Positions 39,401 through 49,138 of a DNA stretch of 53,029 nucleotides are shown here, piece by piece. The position numbers and the translations under genes are program-made. The stretch's first letter is position 1, and the number at the start of each line of letters is the position of its first letter. The DNA is from a virus (Duplodnaviria > Caudoviricetes), in IMG/VR virus record IMGVR_UViG_3300044451_000119, positions 1-53,029 of that record. One strand, given 5' to 3'. The notes under the pieces are model-generated. The model ran no database searches. It worked only from the letters and a program-made list of their open reading frames with translations, and was not told where the DNA came from.

Positions 39401-42400
39401 ATCGATAACGTTATTTGTTACACTATCAATAACAACTAATTCTGGCGGAGTTGTGTAACCCTTTCCAGCACTTGAAACACCAATACTGTCAAAAGAACTG
39501 AATCTTTCAATATTTAAAATGTTTGAAAGTTTTACTGTTGGTCTTAGAGTATTATCAGTTGGATAGTCAAATCCAATATCTTCAATTTTTATTTTTTTAA
39601 TTTTTCCAATACTTGTTGAGATGCCATTCAATAAAGAATTAGATCCTGTGGATGATAGTGCATCAATTTTGGGTATATCTGAATATCCATAACCACCAGA
39701 TGATACTCTAATTGAAGAAATAGGTCCAACAGCAGTGGTTGAACTTGTCTCATACGAAATTTTATTTGAAATTAAATCATATTCAGATATTTCAGGTTGC
39801 TGACTTACTGTGTATGTGAAAGAAGTTGAGGCAATTGAAGTTAATTGATGTCTTCCAGAGTAAACACTTGGAACTTGAATTATCGTATTTGCATTATCAA
39901 TTTTTTCATTATCATAAATGATTGATGACTTTACTGGTTGATTTATTCCAAATCTTGGTTTTAATGCATAATAAAGAATTTGTGGAGTAATGTTGGAAGA
40001 TTGGAAAACTAAGTTTGCGTTAGTATCAATTCCAATTCTTCCTGTTTTAGATACGTTAAATAAACCAGTGTCTTGCGAAGTTAGATATTCATTTTCAAAA
40101 TTTTGATCTGTATATAAATTAAAATCAAATGCAGATTCACTTACTTCATTTTTAACAAATGATAGTGAAGAATCTGAAAGATCGAAAATAACATTTTGAC
40201 TCGAATAATATTTTACTTGCGGATTTACCGCAGATATTGTGCCAGAAAAGACAGAGGTAAAGTTTTTATATACTGGAACGTCTAAAACACTTTCGTAATA
40301 TGAATTTGATAGTCTTATTTTATTATCATCATAAACAATAACATAATAAATCATGTTATTGTCTAACTGTGTAGTTGAAGAAGAACTGAATATTACTTTC
40401 TGTCCAGTATAGAAACCATGATTGTTAATTCTGATTGTATCTGTATTCAGATTTATATCTGATGAAGTAAAGTTCTTAGGATTAATTACAATTCTTCTAT
40501 TATAATCATCATATACAACCTTAATTGTAGTTGTTATTCCAACATCAATACTGACTGTTACTTCATCCTTTAATGATAATCCGTGAGTAGAAGCTGTTGC
40601 AACAGTCACTTGATTTCTTTCAATTTGTCCAATGATTACATCATTTTTTACCGTTTCAAAACTATGAAAGGTTCCCGTTCCAATTCCGATAAATTGTAGA
40701 ATTGTGTCATCGCTGCTTAGATCTCCAATAGTCTGAGCTATTGAAATCAAATCATCAGAAATTTTCTTAACAAATAATTCTTGGTTTTGTGTTAGTGTTG
40801 ATGATGTTGAAACTCTTCTTACTGATAAAGTTGTTCCTCCATTTGACTTATAAAGAATTTTATCTGCTGTTTTTAATCCATGATTTTCTATTAAAATAGT
40901 TCTGGTTGGAACTTCATCAACTTCATATTTGTTTAGATATATTGTAACTCCTAATCCAGAAAGATTTGAACTATCAAAATCAATATTAATTGAAGTGGTT
41001 CCTACTGAAAGAATGTTTACTTCATCTCGATTAAATCCAGATGACGTAGCATTTGTCAGGGCAATATATCCACCACCAGCAAACTTATTAATGTCTGCTG
41101 CCTTTTGGAAAATTAAAATTGAAGTAGAACCAGTTGAAATAGAAACGGGAGATTGATGCTCAATAACTCCCAAAAATAGAGATGATGTTATTCCAACTCC
41201 CCAAGTGGATCCAAGGGCAACACTTGTCTTTGGGTCAAAATAAAATTGTCTGTTTATAGTTGAAGAATCTGACTGTTTTCTATTTGTCTGTACTCTTATT
41301 CTTCTGGATTTCTGTCTAATTTGTGTAGATATTGTGTGAGAAGATCCAACTGGTGATCTCAATACTCTAATTTTTGACTTTTCTCTATTAACGTTTAGAA
41401 TTTGAACATCTTCACTCCCAATAGTTAATATATCATTTTCCAAAATGAATGGATATGGTGGAATATTTGTCAGTTGAATGTCTGTAACAACACCAGTATT
41501 AGTTGCTGAGGAAATACTCGAAGCCAAAGACAGGGTGCTATCGAATACTCTTATTTTAAAATTCTTCTGTAAATCATTTTTATATGTGGAAATCCCTGCG
41601 ATTGAAACAACATCAAAATCATTGAGTTGATGTGGATTTGGTGTTATGCCAAGATAATTACCATCATTGTCCAATGCTAAAAACTCAACATCTTCGATGT
41701 AAGTTGTTGCAACACTAATTTTCGTAATTTCTTTTCCTTTGATAGAAGATACCTTAAAAGATGCTCCTCTTCCAGTTCCAGAAATTAAAAGCGAATCATT
41801 TACTTTATGGTTTGAACCCGATGATAAAATGTCAACGCTTTCCAAAGATCCTGGATTTGCATACTCAACAATTGAAGTTTGTTTTTTAATCTTATTCGGA
41901 TCAAAAATATACTGATAAGAAGTATTTCCCGTTGTTAAATTATATGGATTCGTGTTTCTTAACCATCCAGTTGAATTTAAATCAATAGAATTTTGATTTG
42001 AATTATTTTGATAATTAAAATCAATTGGTTTAGAATAGAATGAATTTCCAATTACATATGGGAAAACGGGTTTTCTATAATTTTTAAATGGACCAGTTGA
42101 TTCCGAATTCTCATCGATAGTAACAAAATAAGCATACACACCCTTTGGATATTCTGGCGTAACGCAGAATCTTCCATTATACTCATCTAAATCGCCAGAT
42201 GCATTATATTCCCAGTCCTCAATAAAGAAACCACTTGGGAAGTCGAGTAAAGATGGTCTTTCAACTTTGGACACTTTTGCATAACTAGATGTTATTCTTC
42301 TTACAATACCACCTGTTGGTTGATCAAATCCATATGGACCATAAATTGGATTTCCGTCGTAAGCCCATCCAATAATTGGCGAATGGAAAGACGTATCCGA

Positions 42401-45400
42401 CTCGTTTCCATTAGTATCCTTTGTCAAATCTGATTTAAATATATCAACACCATTAACGGTTTTGATGCCATAAATTTCTTCCCTTAAAGATCTTGGTGCA
42501 TATAAGTGAACGTATTGGAGATTATCATTCTTATCTGGAACAAGAATTCCATCATCATCAGATATTTTTTTTCTTTGTAACAATCTTTCAAAATAATTAA
42601 CATTCCATCGTTTTGGATTTGCTTCAAACTTTGCTCCTAATCCTGCTGATGTTACTTCAATAGATGTTGTATTTTGATTATATCCTACGCCAGGATTTAT
42701 TACTTTTACTGATTCTAAAATACCATTGTTTATGATTGGAACTAAAATTGCTCTCGATCCAGAACCAACTATTCTAAGATTTGGTGGAGCATTATATCCA
42801 GAACCAACGTTTTTAACCAAAATATCTTGTATTCCACCAGTTGTTTGATTGATAACTGAAATTAATTCTGCACCAGATCCGCTGTTTAATTCAAATAGTG
42901 GTTGTCTTTTGTAATTTAAAATTGCATCCGATCCGTAATTTGCACCTTTATTTGTTAAAAACGCAGTTTCAATGTTTCCTCTAAAAATAGGTTGAACTCT
43001 TGCGTTGAAATTATCTCCTAAATTTATGAGTTCGCTAATGAAGTAATATGAAATGAATATAGTATCACCAGATATGGCTCCTTCTTTGAGGGTAATTAGT
43101 GCAGAATCGGTGTCGTCATAATCTTCTTTTGGTAATTTAATACCATTGATGTATACATCCAACAACCCAGATAATCCAAACTTAGTTGGGTGTTGAAATG
43201 TAAATACTGTTTGATTTGCCTGAGCAATAAAAGTTTTTTCAATTCTACTAATACCAGGATATCCAATTAACTCTACAATATCTCCACTTGCAGTAGCACC
43301 CAAGTCTAAAATGATAGATGTTCCACTATCAGATTCATATTCATTTCTTGGAAGAGTTACGCCATTGTAAACTACGTCAACAAATCCAGGAGTATATGCA
43401 AATGGGAAATTGGTTTGTCCCAAACCAGCAGAAACTTTTGCATATTGAGTTCTGATAGTAGATGCATAACCAACTATCTCAACAACTTCACTTCCAGATG
43501 CTGCATCAGTTAAAATAACCTGAGAACCACTTGATGCATCATAATCTGTTGAATCAAGTCTAATACCATTCATAAAAACATCAAGAAGTTGTGGTTGGCC
43601 AACATTTGCAATATATGAATAGTTAAATGTTGTTTGTCCTGATGTTGCTGTATAAGTTACAATACCAGATCTAATACCACCAGGATTTGGTTCTATGCTA
43701 TTTGTTGTAGTAACAGTTGATAAACCTATCTTGCCAAAAACTTGCACAGTAATTGGTTCATAGTTAAATGAATGTGTTCCACTTCCAACTGTTTTTAGAT
43801 CTACAAATTCTCTCGATCTATAATATAAGTCTCTAATTGTAGTTCCAATGCCAACATTTGATAGATAAAAATTATCATTATCAAATTTGGTAACATGATA
43901 TGTTAATGCAGTAGATAAACCAACTATCTCATTACCAGTAGTTCCATAAGTTACAATATCACCACTACTGTAACCGTGATTCTTGATAGTAATAGTATTT
44001 GCTGCGGTATTAATACCAATAATACTGGTTTCCCTATATTTGTTTTCGTATCCAGTTCCACTATCAATCACTCTGATTGAAGCTATTTTTTTTCTATTCT
44101 CACATGTACTGACTGTATGAGTTCCAGTTCCATTGGAAGTTAAATTAATTCTGTCATGCCCATTAACAGCATCAATTTCTGTTTTATAAAATTTAACTCT
44201 AAATGCATCAACAACACCAACATAATATTCGTGCTTATCTTCTAAACCACCAACAGGATTTCCTCCATTAGTTTCGTAGAAAACACGTTCACCATCTCTA
44301 AACTCATGTCTTTCGCCAAAAGTAATAATATCAAAAAGAACATCAACTTGATTTGCCCGAGAAACTGAATTAAAAATTTTACTGTGCTTGAACTCCATCA
44401 ATGAAGCTTCTGCAACCGCTCCTTTACCATTTCCTCCATTAATTGTTATAGATGGGGTGCTGAGATAATCAACACCAGGATAAATGATATCAATTCTTTC
44501 CAATCCACCATTTACGGATACTTTTGCCTTTGCACCAGTTCCAGAGTTATCTGATATAGTCATTACTGGTGGATTGATAATATCGTATCCACTTCCTTCT
44601 GCTGTGACAATTAGATCTTCAATCTCACCGTAATAAATGGCATCGTTTGTTTTGTAGTTTAATATTTCAACACCATTAATAAGAATACCTGTTGGACCTT
44701 CAACAGTTTCTACTTTGTCTTTATCTGTAACTGGTTCTTTAATCGTTCGAATTAATTTTTGTATCTCAAAAGTTTTTCCCTTATACCCATATCTTGTGAT
44801 AATTGCATTAGATGTTGTTCCACTAATAGTAAAGAAAATATCATTTGAAATATTTGGCTTACTTGCTGCTAATTTAATTGTTGTTGAGTTGACAACTTTA
44901 ACAAAATAAGTTCCAGAAGAAATATTAAGACCTTCTCCAACATATTGAACAGCATCACCAGTGTAGAATGGATGATTTCCAATAGAAATTTCTGTTCCAG
45001 AAAAAGTTCCAGAGAATGTAACCGTAAAATTTTCTGGATTTAGTGGTTTATTAGAGTAATGTGGAATTGAATTTGAAGTAACATATAGATCACTTTCTTT
45101 AACGTAAGTATTCTGTACATTTGCAATATACTTTGAGATATGAGAATATGTTACTGAATTTCCTTTTAGTATTTGCCTTTTCGCAGTAAATGTTCTAGTA
45201 GTTGGTAAAGATCCACCAGATATTGTAAATTTCTTATTGTTAATTACATTAGAGATTGTGTATGTATAAGTTGTAGATGTATTGTCAGTAAGAACAACAG
45301 TATCTCCGACCAGAAAAATATTTTCATCAAAAGTTACAACATCATAAATTTGAGATCCAAAAGATCTCTCAGTGATTGATTTAACATTATAAGTTGTTTT

Positions 45401-46732
45401 TAAGTTATACAACCAATTTTTTGCTCTTGTATCTTCAACTTTCTTTCCTAGGGTTTGAATTTCAAACTTATCATCTTTCTCAAAAAGATAGTTATTAGAA
45501 GGTATAATCAGATCTTCAAGAACGGCACCTATACGAACCTGCACGGGGTTTGTTTGTGATGTTGATGTATACCCATAAACCACTGTGTTTTGACGCACTT
45601 CCTGTGCCTCAGGCATTGATTGAGTAATACCAGAGACACTAAAAAATTGATTTAATGACTTCGATAAATACGTGATTGTTTGTGTTGTACCATTCGAAAG
45701 AGCTGCGACAATTTGACCAGTTGATGCAAATCCAACTGTTGAGTCAACATCAATAACTGTTGCTCCAATTGCAACTGTGTTTAAAATTTGCGTTTTTGGA
45801 TTTATTACAAACTTTCCTTTCTGAGATCCTCTTACAGTGTCAATATCTCTTCCATATTCTGCATCAAGGTTCAAAACGTAGAATGTGTCAGTTCCTCTAA
45901 AAATTTTTTCTACATTCGAAATCGTTGCACTTGCAGCATTATGATATTGATTTAAATCTTGAAAGAGTGTTTTATTAACTAATAGTTCTGGATCACCACT
46001 TATTGTTTCAACAACAAGATCATTTGTAACTCTGTAACCAGCATCCGAAGGGATAAAGAGTTGATCGCTTGGTCGAACTAATTCAACATCCTTACCATAA
46101 AGGGCACGAAAAAGAATTTCGTAAGATTGTTCAGCACCCTTTGACGAATAAAAGTCTTTAACTTGTCTAACAAAAACGTTTTGATTTATGTCCTGATATA
46201 AGTCTCTATTTTCAAATCCAGGAGAAATTTGCTTTTTAGTCTTTGTAAAAAATTCGTTTAAAAATAAAACACTTAGATTCTTAACAGTTGATCCACCTTT
46301 GTGAGTTGATGCATCTGTTGATGAGAATACTAATTCATCTGGTTGATTTGGAGCATGATAGGAACTAATGCCACTAAATCCACGAATGCATCCAGTAAAC
46401 GAATTTGTTGTAATACCAGTGTAAGTTATGATTTCAGAATTGATCTGTATGATGCCGTACTGGTCTGGGAACCCTTGTGTACTTGTTACAGCGATAGTTG
46501 AGTCACCACTCTGAATTGTGCTTCCCAGAGAGGTTTGTGTGGTCAGATTTGTAAGGTTATTAACCTTAACATATTGATCAATGTTTGATAAAATATCAGC
46601 TGGAAGACTTTGAGAGTCTTGTGATCTATAATAAGTTTTTAAAAATTGAACAGCAAGAGGATAATTATCCCTTACATACGAAGGTAACTGACTTTCTAGA
46701 ACAGTGCTAATTTTAACTCTTTTATTGATCAT
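33485..46732 (-). CDS. gp7: Baseplate wedge initiator, 4415 aa, with many accessory domains
   Basis: Position between gp6 and gp8; SQLPSYVRDNYP..FLKTYY, KDFYSSKG, QDSDYYQYFSY, HPAGYKKF motifs. Confidence 0.9.
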   Translation of the reverse strand: MINKRVKISTVLESQLPSYVRDNYPLAVQFLKTYYRSQDSQSLPADILSNIDQYVKVNNLTNLTTQTSLGSTIQSGDSTIAVTSTQGFPDQYGIIQINSEIITYTGITTNSFTGCIRGFSGISSYHAPNQPDELVFSSTDASTHKGGSTVKNLSVLFLNEFFTKTKKQISPGFENRDLYQDINQNVFVRQVKDFYSSKGAEQSYEILFRALYGKDVELVRPSDQLFIPSDAGYRVTNDLVVETISGDPELLVNKTLFQDLNQYHNAASATISNVEKIFRGTDTFYVLNLDAEYGRDIDTVRGSQKGKFVINPKTQILNTVAIGATVIDVDSTVGFASTGQIVAALSNGTTQTITYLSKSLNQFFSVSGITQSMPEAQEVRQNTVVYGYTSTSQTNPVQVRIGAVLEDLIIPSNNYLFEKDDKFEIQTLGKKVEDTRAKNWLYNLKTTYNVKSITERSFGSQIYDVVTFDENIFLVGDTVVLTDNTSTTYTYTISNVINNKKFTISGGSLPTTRTFTAKRQILKGNSVTYSHISKYIANVQNTYVKESDLYVTSNSIPHYSNKPLNPENFTVTFSGTFSGTEISIGNHPFYTGDAVQYVGEGLNISSGTYFVKVVNSTTIKLAASKPNISNDIFFTISGTTSNAIITRYGYKGKTFEIQKLIRTIKEPVTDKDKVETVEGPTGILINGVEILNYKTNDAIYYGEIEDLIVTAEGSGYDIINPPVMTISDNSGTGAKAKVSVNGGLERIDIIYPGVDYLSTPSITINGGNGKGAVAEASLMEFKHSKIFNSVSRANQVDVLFDIITFGERHEFRDGERVFYETNGGNPVGGLEDKHEYYVGVVDAFRVKFYKTEIDAVNGHDRINLTSNGTGTHTVSTCENRKKIASIRVIDSGTGYENKYRETSIIGINTAANTITIKNHGYSSGDIVTYGTTGNEIVGLSTALTYHVTKFDNDNFYLSNVGIGTTIRDLYYRSREFVDLKTVGSGTHSFNYEPITVQVFGKIGLSTVTTTNSIEPNPGGIRSGIVTYTATSGQTTFNYSYIANVGQPQLLDVFMNGIRLDSTDYDASSGSQVILTDAASGSEVVEIVGYASTIRTQYAKVSAGLGQTNFPFAYTPGFVDVVYNGVTLPRNEYESDSGTSIILDLGATASGDIVELIGYPGISRIEKTFIAQANQTVFTFQHPTKFGLSGLLDVYINGIKLPKEDYDDTDSALITLKEGAISGDTIFISYYFISELINLGDNFNARVQPIFRGNIETAFLTNKGANYGSDAILNYKRQPLFELNSGSGAELISVINQTTGGIQDILVKNVGSGYNAPPNLRIVGSGSRAILVPIINNGILESVKVINPGVGYNQNTTSIEVTSAGLGAKFEANPKRWNVNYFERLLQRKKISDDDGILVPDKNDNLQYVHLYAPRSLREEIYGIKTVNGVDIFKSDLTKDTNGNESDTSFHSPIIGWAYDGNPIYGPYGFDQPTGGIVRRITSSYAKVSKVERPSLLDFPSGFFIEDWEYNASGDLDEYNGRFCVTPEYPKGVYAYFVTIDENSESTGPFKNYRKPVFPYVIGNSFYSKPIDFNYQNNSNQNSIDLNSTGWLRNTNPYNLTTGNTSYQYIFDPNKIKKQTSIVEYANPGSLESVDILSSGSNHKVNDSLLISGTGRGASFKVSSIKGKEITKISVATTYIEDVEFLALDNDGNYLGITPNPHQLNDFDVVSIAGISTYKNDLQKNFKIRVFDSTLSLASSISSATNTGVVTDIQLTNIPPYPFILENDILTIGSEDVQILNVNREKSKIRVLRSPVGSSHTISTQIRQKSRRIRVQTNRKQSDSSTINRQFYFDPKTSVALGSTWGVGITSSLFLGVIEHQSPVSISTGSTSILIFQKAADINKFAGGGYIALTNATSSGFNRDEVNILSVGTTSINIDFDSSNLSGLGVTIYLNKYEVDEVPTRTILIENHGLKTADKILYKSNGGTTLSVRRVSTSSTLTQNQELFVKKISDDLISIAQTIGDLSSDDTILQFIGIGTGTFHSFETVKNDVIIGQIERNQVTVATASTHGLSLKDEVTVSIDVGITTTIKVVYDDYNRRIVINPKNFTSSDINLNTDTIRINNHGFYTGQKVIFSSSSTTQLDNNMIYYVIVYDDNKIRLSNSYYESVLDVPVYKNFTSVFSGTISAVNPQVKYYSSQNVIFDLSDSSLSFVKNEVSESAFDFNLYTDQNFENEYLTSQDTGLFNVSKTGRIGIDTNANLVFQSSNITPQILYYALKPRFGINQPVKSSIIYDNEKIDNANTIIQVPSVYSGRHQLTSIASTSFTYTVSQQPEISEYDLISNKISYETSSTTAVGPISSIRVSSGGYGYSDIPKIDALSSTGSNSLLNGISTSIGKIKKIKIEDIGFDYPTDNTLRPTVKLSNILNIERFSSFDSIGVSSAGKGYTTPPELVVIDSVTNNVIDVKLKYEIGNPQVKIIKNTRDLYDVNPIIIPTKNSNGVGINTVAYNQTSKNVTVTLVGSFATVGGFPFSVGDKVFIENIGITTAGKGYNSNQYSYSTFTLTHIDPKYGGSNPTITYNLASNLKNGEYPGQFDALNSAGRVIPAKDFPVFTIKLKQNDFLLNEKIKNNTNGSSGFVDKWNPQSNLVKVVSPFGSFIIDDVIEGETSGTKAIINKSTSFETEYKLGPSSKVRKGWKRETGFLNNDTQRVQDSDYYQYFSYALKSEVSYETWDEPVQSLNHPAGYKKFSNLLINSKSAIGIGTTQDGGDFSAITDIINVVDTNCYFDWDLVDENFKYIVGNVASDEIIFNSKLIQNYLESVGNRVLNIDDISDQFLSDERTDRFSVVDTFNLSQRYKKYITYVKDKRFTNERQIMLVTLLHDNTKGYLSQYGRVNTQKDLGIFEFDVGSFDFGITNLQGQLLFYPNKYKVNNYDISLASYNIIDQTTGIGSTSVGSVAQIYSSRSVISAGAGLTSIPIVSVSSTHRAARILVSVSTTDFQHQYDEISLVKDKDRNVLMLEYGQLTDSTLTGSVISGFGTYDANVPLKVIPTVKISEYFSSSGVTTSPGGTGSGPFGGFAVGPHTRFTGVGNRNLTLNPIDARNYDEILVKAIVGNDSNGGEDPEPGDDLRVGYSTDGSNFVDIGVIVPTTGSATLQEYRAILPQAAKTSSTLFRLNQPTNSGNDFDNYGVTQMTLESDRMVLDFYPNAGVAGTVHALTIGMGITDATGIGSITFNTNTVETIYTGIGSTSTPVARRIAGWSTDNFNAGYLIIGIEDKTNDEYEFLELIAAQDDLDQSFTEYGLLQTDSGIGTIGIACTNSTLKILYTPNANIDVDVRVWQHTMRLVDNFNSLTGISFNNASLNSGNGTYAGTELDIRRSFDLTHNQKDIFQRYFSPTTDPRVGVATETGVVNLSANTITFSNEHFFTTGEEVFYSYPNIDGFSPIGIATTTISGISTDKLPGNVYLIKVDKFSIKVALSATDSLVVPPNPLDITSAGIGISHRFISKKSNQRVVVTIDNLIQSPVVATSVTTHLTSTATSSDDQFSLNSIEKLFVGQLLQVDQEICFIDAINSSTKVVDVRRGWMGTNIGIHTTAVVVKQVKGNYNIVDNTINFVAAPYGKSPIGTVTNPPDDRDFAGITTSSSFGGRAFMKTSAKNSTIEPYHKNYIFDDISDSFTGIKTEFTITSAGGTVSGISTDNAVVLLNGILQSPTRFGSNPIINNQYLTEKSGITSIFFNSSPVGGEIVSVDSTKGLGYQPLVAAGGTAIVSSAGTISAISIGNSGSGYRIGIQTTINVSVGTSSLTISNLQKVGTATISNGIVVSVAITNPGSGYTSSNPPFVVFDSPFSYENLDLKYTGGTTGVGTGAKVSIVVGQGSSIIDFEITNVGRGYEVGDKLTFTIGGTSGIPTDTSKSYNEFQLTVTEQYQEQFNGWTIGNLTLFDDISNLFDGFKTKFPLRIDGIRQSIIGREGSGIDVAYTLLIFLNGVLQEPGKAYEFNGGSVFSFTEVPREGDNATILFYQGNKDIDVINKDILETVKVGDGLRIFPPEADNRQDERTVFSIDSIDVVTTNTYDGPGIITTGLLRPVIWCKQRSDSLVNGNYIPKNREEYESLIYPTTNVIKSVSPSDTEIFVEGAKTFFDSVNENPSPIATRTTVQIIGQDSKVSAAATATISGSGTVTVITITNAGIGYTQPPVVTFESPTGLGTTSRAQATATISGGAVSTISITNAGTGYTQAPNVLIAAPSNDIETVADVTYSGDFGQITGIKTTSVGVAPTGLVFDFYIPEKSFLRDASIVGTAITLSQIQTGYRFVVKNSNVGNGVTSLNSSGSIVWNGTNNIDNVYEVVSVSIGQSYVSAGIGTTSVMQVTVSLTDYNGLTNLGYGKVFGEYSWARMTITGRSGTNTFAIYNNGLSGIETSPLVRRLSPLKNFNYIQ

Positions 46733-46740
46733 GATTTATT

Positions 46741-48675
46741 TTAACGTCTGATTAGGCTTCCCGTGTCTGCACAACTATTTGCTGCTACATATCTCGATCC
46801 CGAGACATCAGCACCAGATGATATATCGTCTTTAAGCATATTAATAATGCTGTTATTAATATCTAGTTGCAAATACAACTCTTGTTTTCCAATAACGTCG
46901 TTGGAGTAAGGTTTTATAGCAAATTCAATGATTGGTCCTTGTGAATTTGTTTTTGACGTGGATGTAATTTTTATTGTATCAATCAAAATCTCACCCTTTT
47001 CATAATTAATAGTACCAACAGACTTTAATACAATCCCTGCTTGTGTAGTAGTATCAACTTTAAACATAAAAATATCACCAGTCAATAAATCTGGATTGGG
47101 AGCATCAGAAGTCAATAAATCTGGATTGGGAGCATCAGAAAAGTAAACAGTATCTGCAATGCCATTTACTTTGAATCCAGAAGTTTTTAGGTTATAACCA
47201 TTTGGATTCACATGAAAACGATTACCAAAACAAATCTCATACTCTGCAAAACTGTTTAGAACTGGTGCAAGATCTCTACGAATGAAAATATTAGTAATAT
47301 TTGAAGTAATTGCATCTGTGCAATCATCGATTACTTTTGTAAATTTACTATATTTGAACTTTGCTCCATACTTATTCAACTCTGTTGAATCTGCATACAT
47401 CTCAATACAATGAGATACTTCTGATTTTAAATTGTCTGCGTTTGATCCTAAGGAAGGATCATAGAAGATTGTTGAATTAAATTCAATATATACGTACTTA
47501 ACATCAAGAATTACAGGTAATACTCCTGCAATTTTATACTTACGAAGCTCATCTATAAGATTATCCTTAATTGATGCTGAAAGATATTGTCCATTTACTG
47601 GTTTGATTGAAACATAAACTCTTCCGTACTTTGGAGGAGTTAATTCTTCGCCACCAAAAACAGTCACAGATTCTGCTTCTGGGTAAATTCTTGGAATCAT
47701 TGCCTCATAATCTGACGCTGTTACCGCTCTATTTTGAGCAGAATATCTTTTTGGGGCATATTTTCGAATCGAATCCACCGATTCAACCTCTTGTCCACCA
47801 GTAGAATTTGAATTTGTGGTAATTGCCGAGATATCTGAGGTTACTAATGTTCCATTATTGTTAAATATTCTTCCCGCAAAGGCAAAAGAAGAGACACCGT
47901 TACCATTTTCTCCATTTGTTACAGTGTAACTTACTGTAATATAGTTCCCATTATCTAATTTTTTACCAAAAACTCCATCACCAAAGAACATTTCATATCT
48001 TTGGTCAGAAATTTCCTCAATAAAGTAAACTCGTGAATCTGAAATTACATCAAAAAGATCAGTTTTGAGATTATATTGCTTAAATGAAGTGTTCTGAGAC
48101 GTTGGATAAACTTTTACATCCAAAGTTGACGTGTCAATATGCTCATTTCCAAGAACAAACTTCTGATTTGGTATATTTGTATTAACTGTAAAGTTTTCAG
48201 TAATATAATTTCCTTCGTAAATTGTAATATTACTGAAATTTGCTGTTCCATTTACAATCGGAACTATAATATCTGATGGAATTGTAAAAGAAAATGATAA
48301 ATTTCCAAATTTTTGCTTTGAAGTTGCAACTGTTCCTGCTTTTAAAGTTAAAGTTAGAGCAGTTGAAGAACCAACATTTACTGAAAAAGATATATTTGCC
48401 TTTGCTGCTTTTCTTGAACGAGGAGTATAACCAATATTTCTTGCTAATGAAACAATATTTTCCCTGAGTGTTGCAGAATCAATGAAAACCTCATTACTCA
48501 GCATGTTTGCGTTGTAAGAGGAAAGATAAGTGTTATAAGCAAGTGCATCAATAATCACTGAGAGATTTGATCCCTCAAAGTCATAATCAGTGAAATTTGA
48601 GTTAGATTTGATATAGTCTTTGATAGACTCTTTGACTTGATCAAAATCTAAATTGGCAAACTTAACTAGTGGCAT
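46741..48675 (-). CDS. gp6: Baseplate wedge subunit
   Basis: LDFDQVK, FTDYDFEGSNLS, DSATLRENIVSLARNIGY, QNRAVTASDY. Confidence 0.96.
   Translation of the reverse strand: MPLVKFANLDFDQVKESIKDYIKSNSNFTDYDFEGSNLSVIIDALAYNTYLSSYNANMLSNEVFIDSATLRENIVSLARNIGYTPRSRKAAKANISFSVNVGSSTALTLTLKAGTVATSKQKFGNLSFSFTIPSDIIVPIVNGTANFSNITIYEGNYITENFTVNTNIPNQKFVLGNEHIDTSTLDVKVYPTSQNTSFKQYNLKTDLFDVISDSRVYFIEEISDQRYEMFFGDGVFGKKLDNGNYITVSYTVTNGENGNGVSSFAFAGRIFNNNGTLVTSDISAITTNSNSTGGQEVESVDSIRKYAPKRYSAQNRAVTASDYEAMIPRIYPEAESVTVFGGEELTPPKYGRVYVSIKPVNGQYLSASIKDNLIDELRKYKIAGVLPVILDVKYVYIEFNSTIFYDPSLGSNADNLKSEVSHCIEMYADSTELNKYGAKFKYSKFTKVIDDCTDAITSNITNIFIRRDLAPVLNSFAEYEICFGNRFHVNPNGYNLKTSGFKVNGIADTVYFSDAPNPDLLTSDAPNPDLLTGDIFMFKVDTTTQAGIVLKSVGTINYEKGEILIDTIKITSTSKTNSQGPIIEFAIKPYSNDVIGKQELYLQLDINNSIINMLKDDISSGADVSGSRYVAANSCADTGSLIRR
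47081..47140. repeat. Exact 30-bp tandem duplication inside gp6 (SDAPNPDLLT x2)
   Basis: gtcaataaatctggattgggagcatcagaa occurs twice in a row with no mismatch. Confidence 0.97.
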
Positions 48676-48679
48676 TTAT

Positions 48680-49090
48680 CTACCTGGTTTTAACTAAGGG
48701 AAATGCTAGTGCTTGTTGTGGTATATCGACTCCAACAATCTCATACTTTACTGTTGCATTGAAAATTCCATTATCAAAATCTGGAACAATGATAACTTCT
48801 TGCAATCTGACTCGTGGTTCGTAGTTTTGAATGGTATTTTCAACATAAACTTGAATTTGAGACGATGAAATGACATCAATGTTCTCAAAAAGTGACTGCG
48901 AAATACCAGTTCCAAGATCAGGATTAAAAAATCTTTCTCCTGGATCAGTTAAAACTAAATTTTTAACTGATTGAGCAATCGCATTTGCATGATTAAGTGC
49001 AATCAGGTCGTTTGTCAACGGATTTTTTTGAAAAGACATGCTGAGGTCTTTAAATCCGAGTGATGTTCGTTGTTGAACCTCAACTGGCAT
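48680..49090 (-). CDS. gp25: Baseplate wedge subunit / sheath initiator
   Basis: FKDLSMSF, SVKNLVLT.PGERFFNP.LG, IQNYEPRV. Confidence 0.93.
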   Translation of the reverse strand: MPVEVQQRTSLGFKDLSMSFQKNPLTNDLIALNHANAIAQSVKNLVLTDPGERFFNPDLGTGISQSLFENIDVISSSQIQVYVENTIQNYEPRVRLQEVIIVPDFDNGIFNATVKYEIVGVDIPQQALAFPLVKTR

Positions 49091-49138
49091 CGAAAAACAC
49101 TATATTTCTATCATATTTATTACATCAAAATTCCCTTT

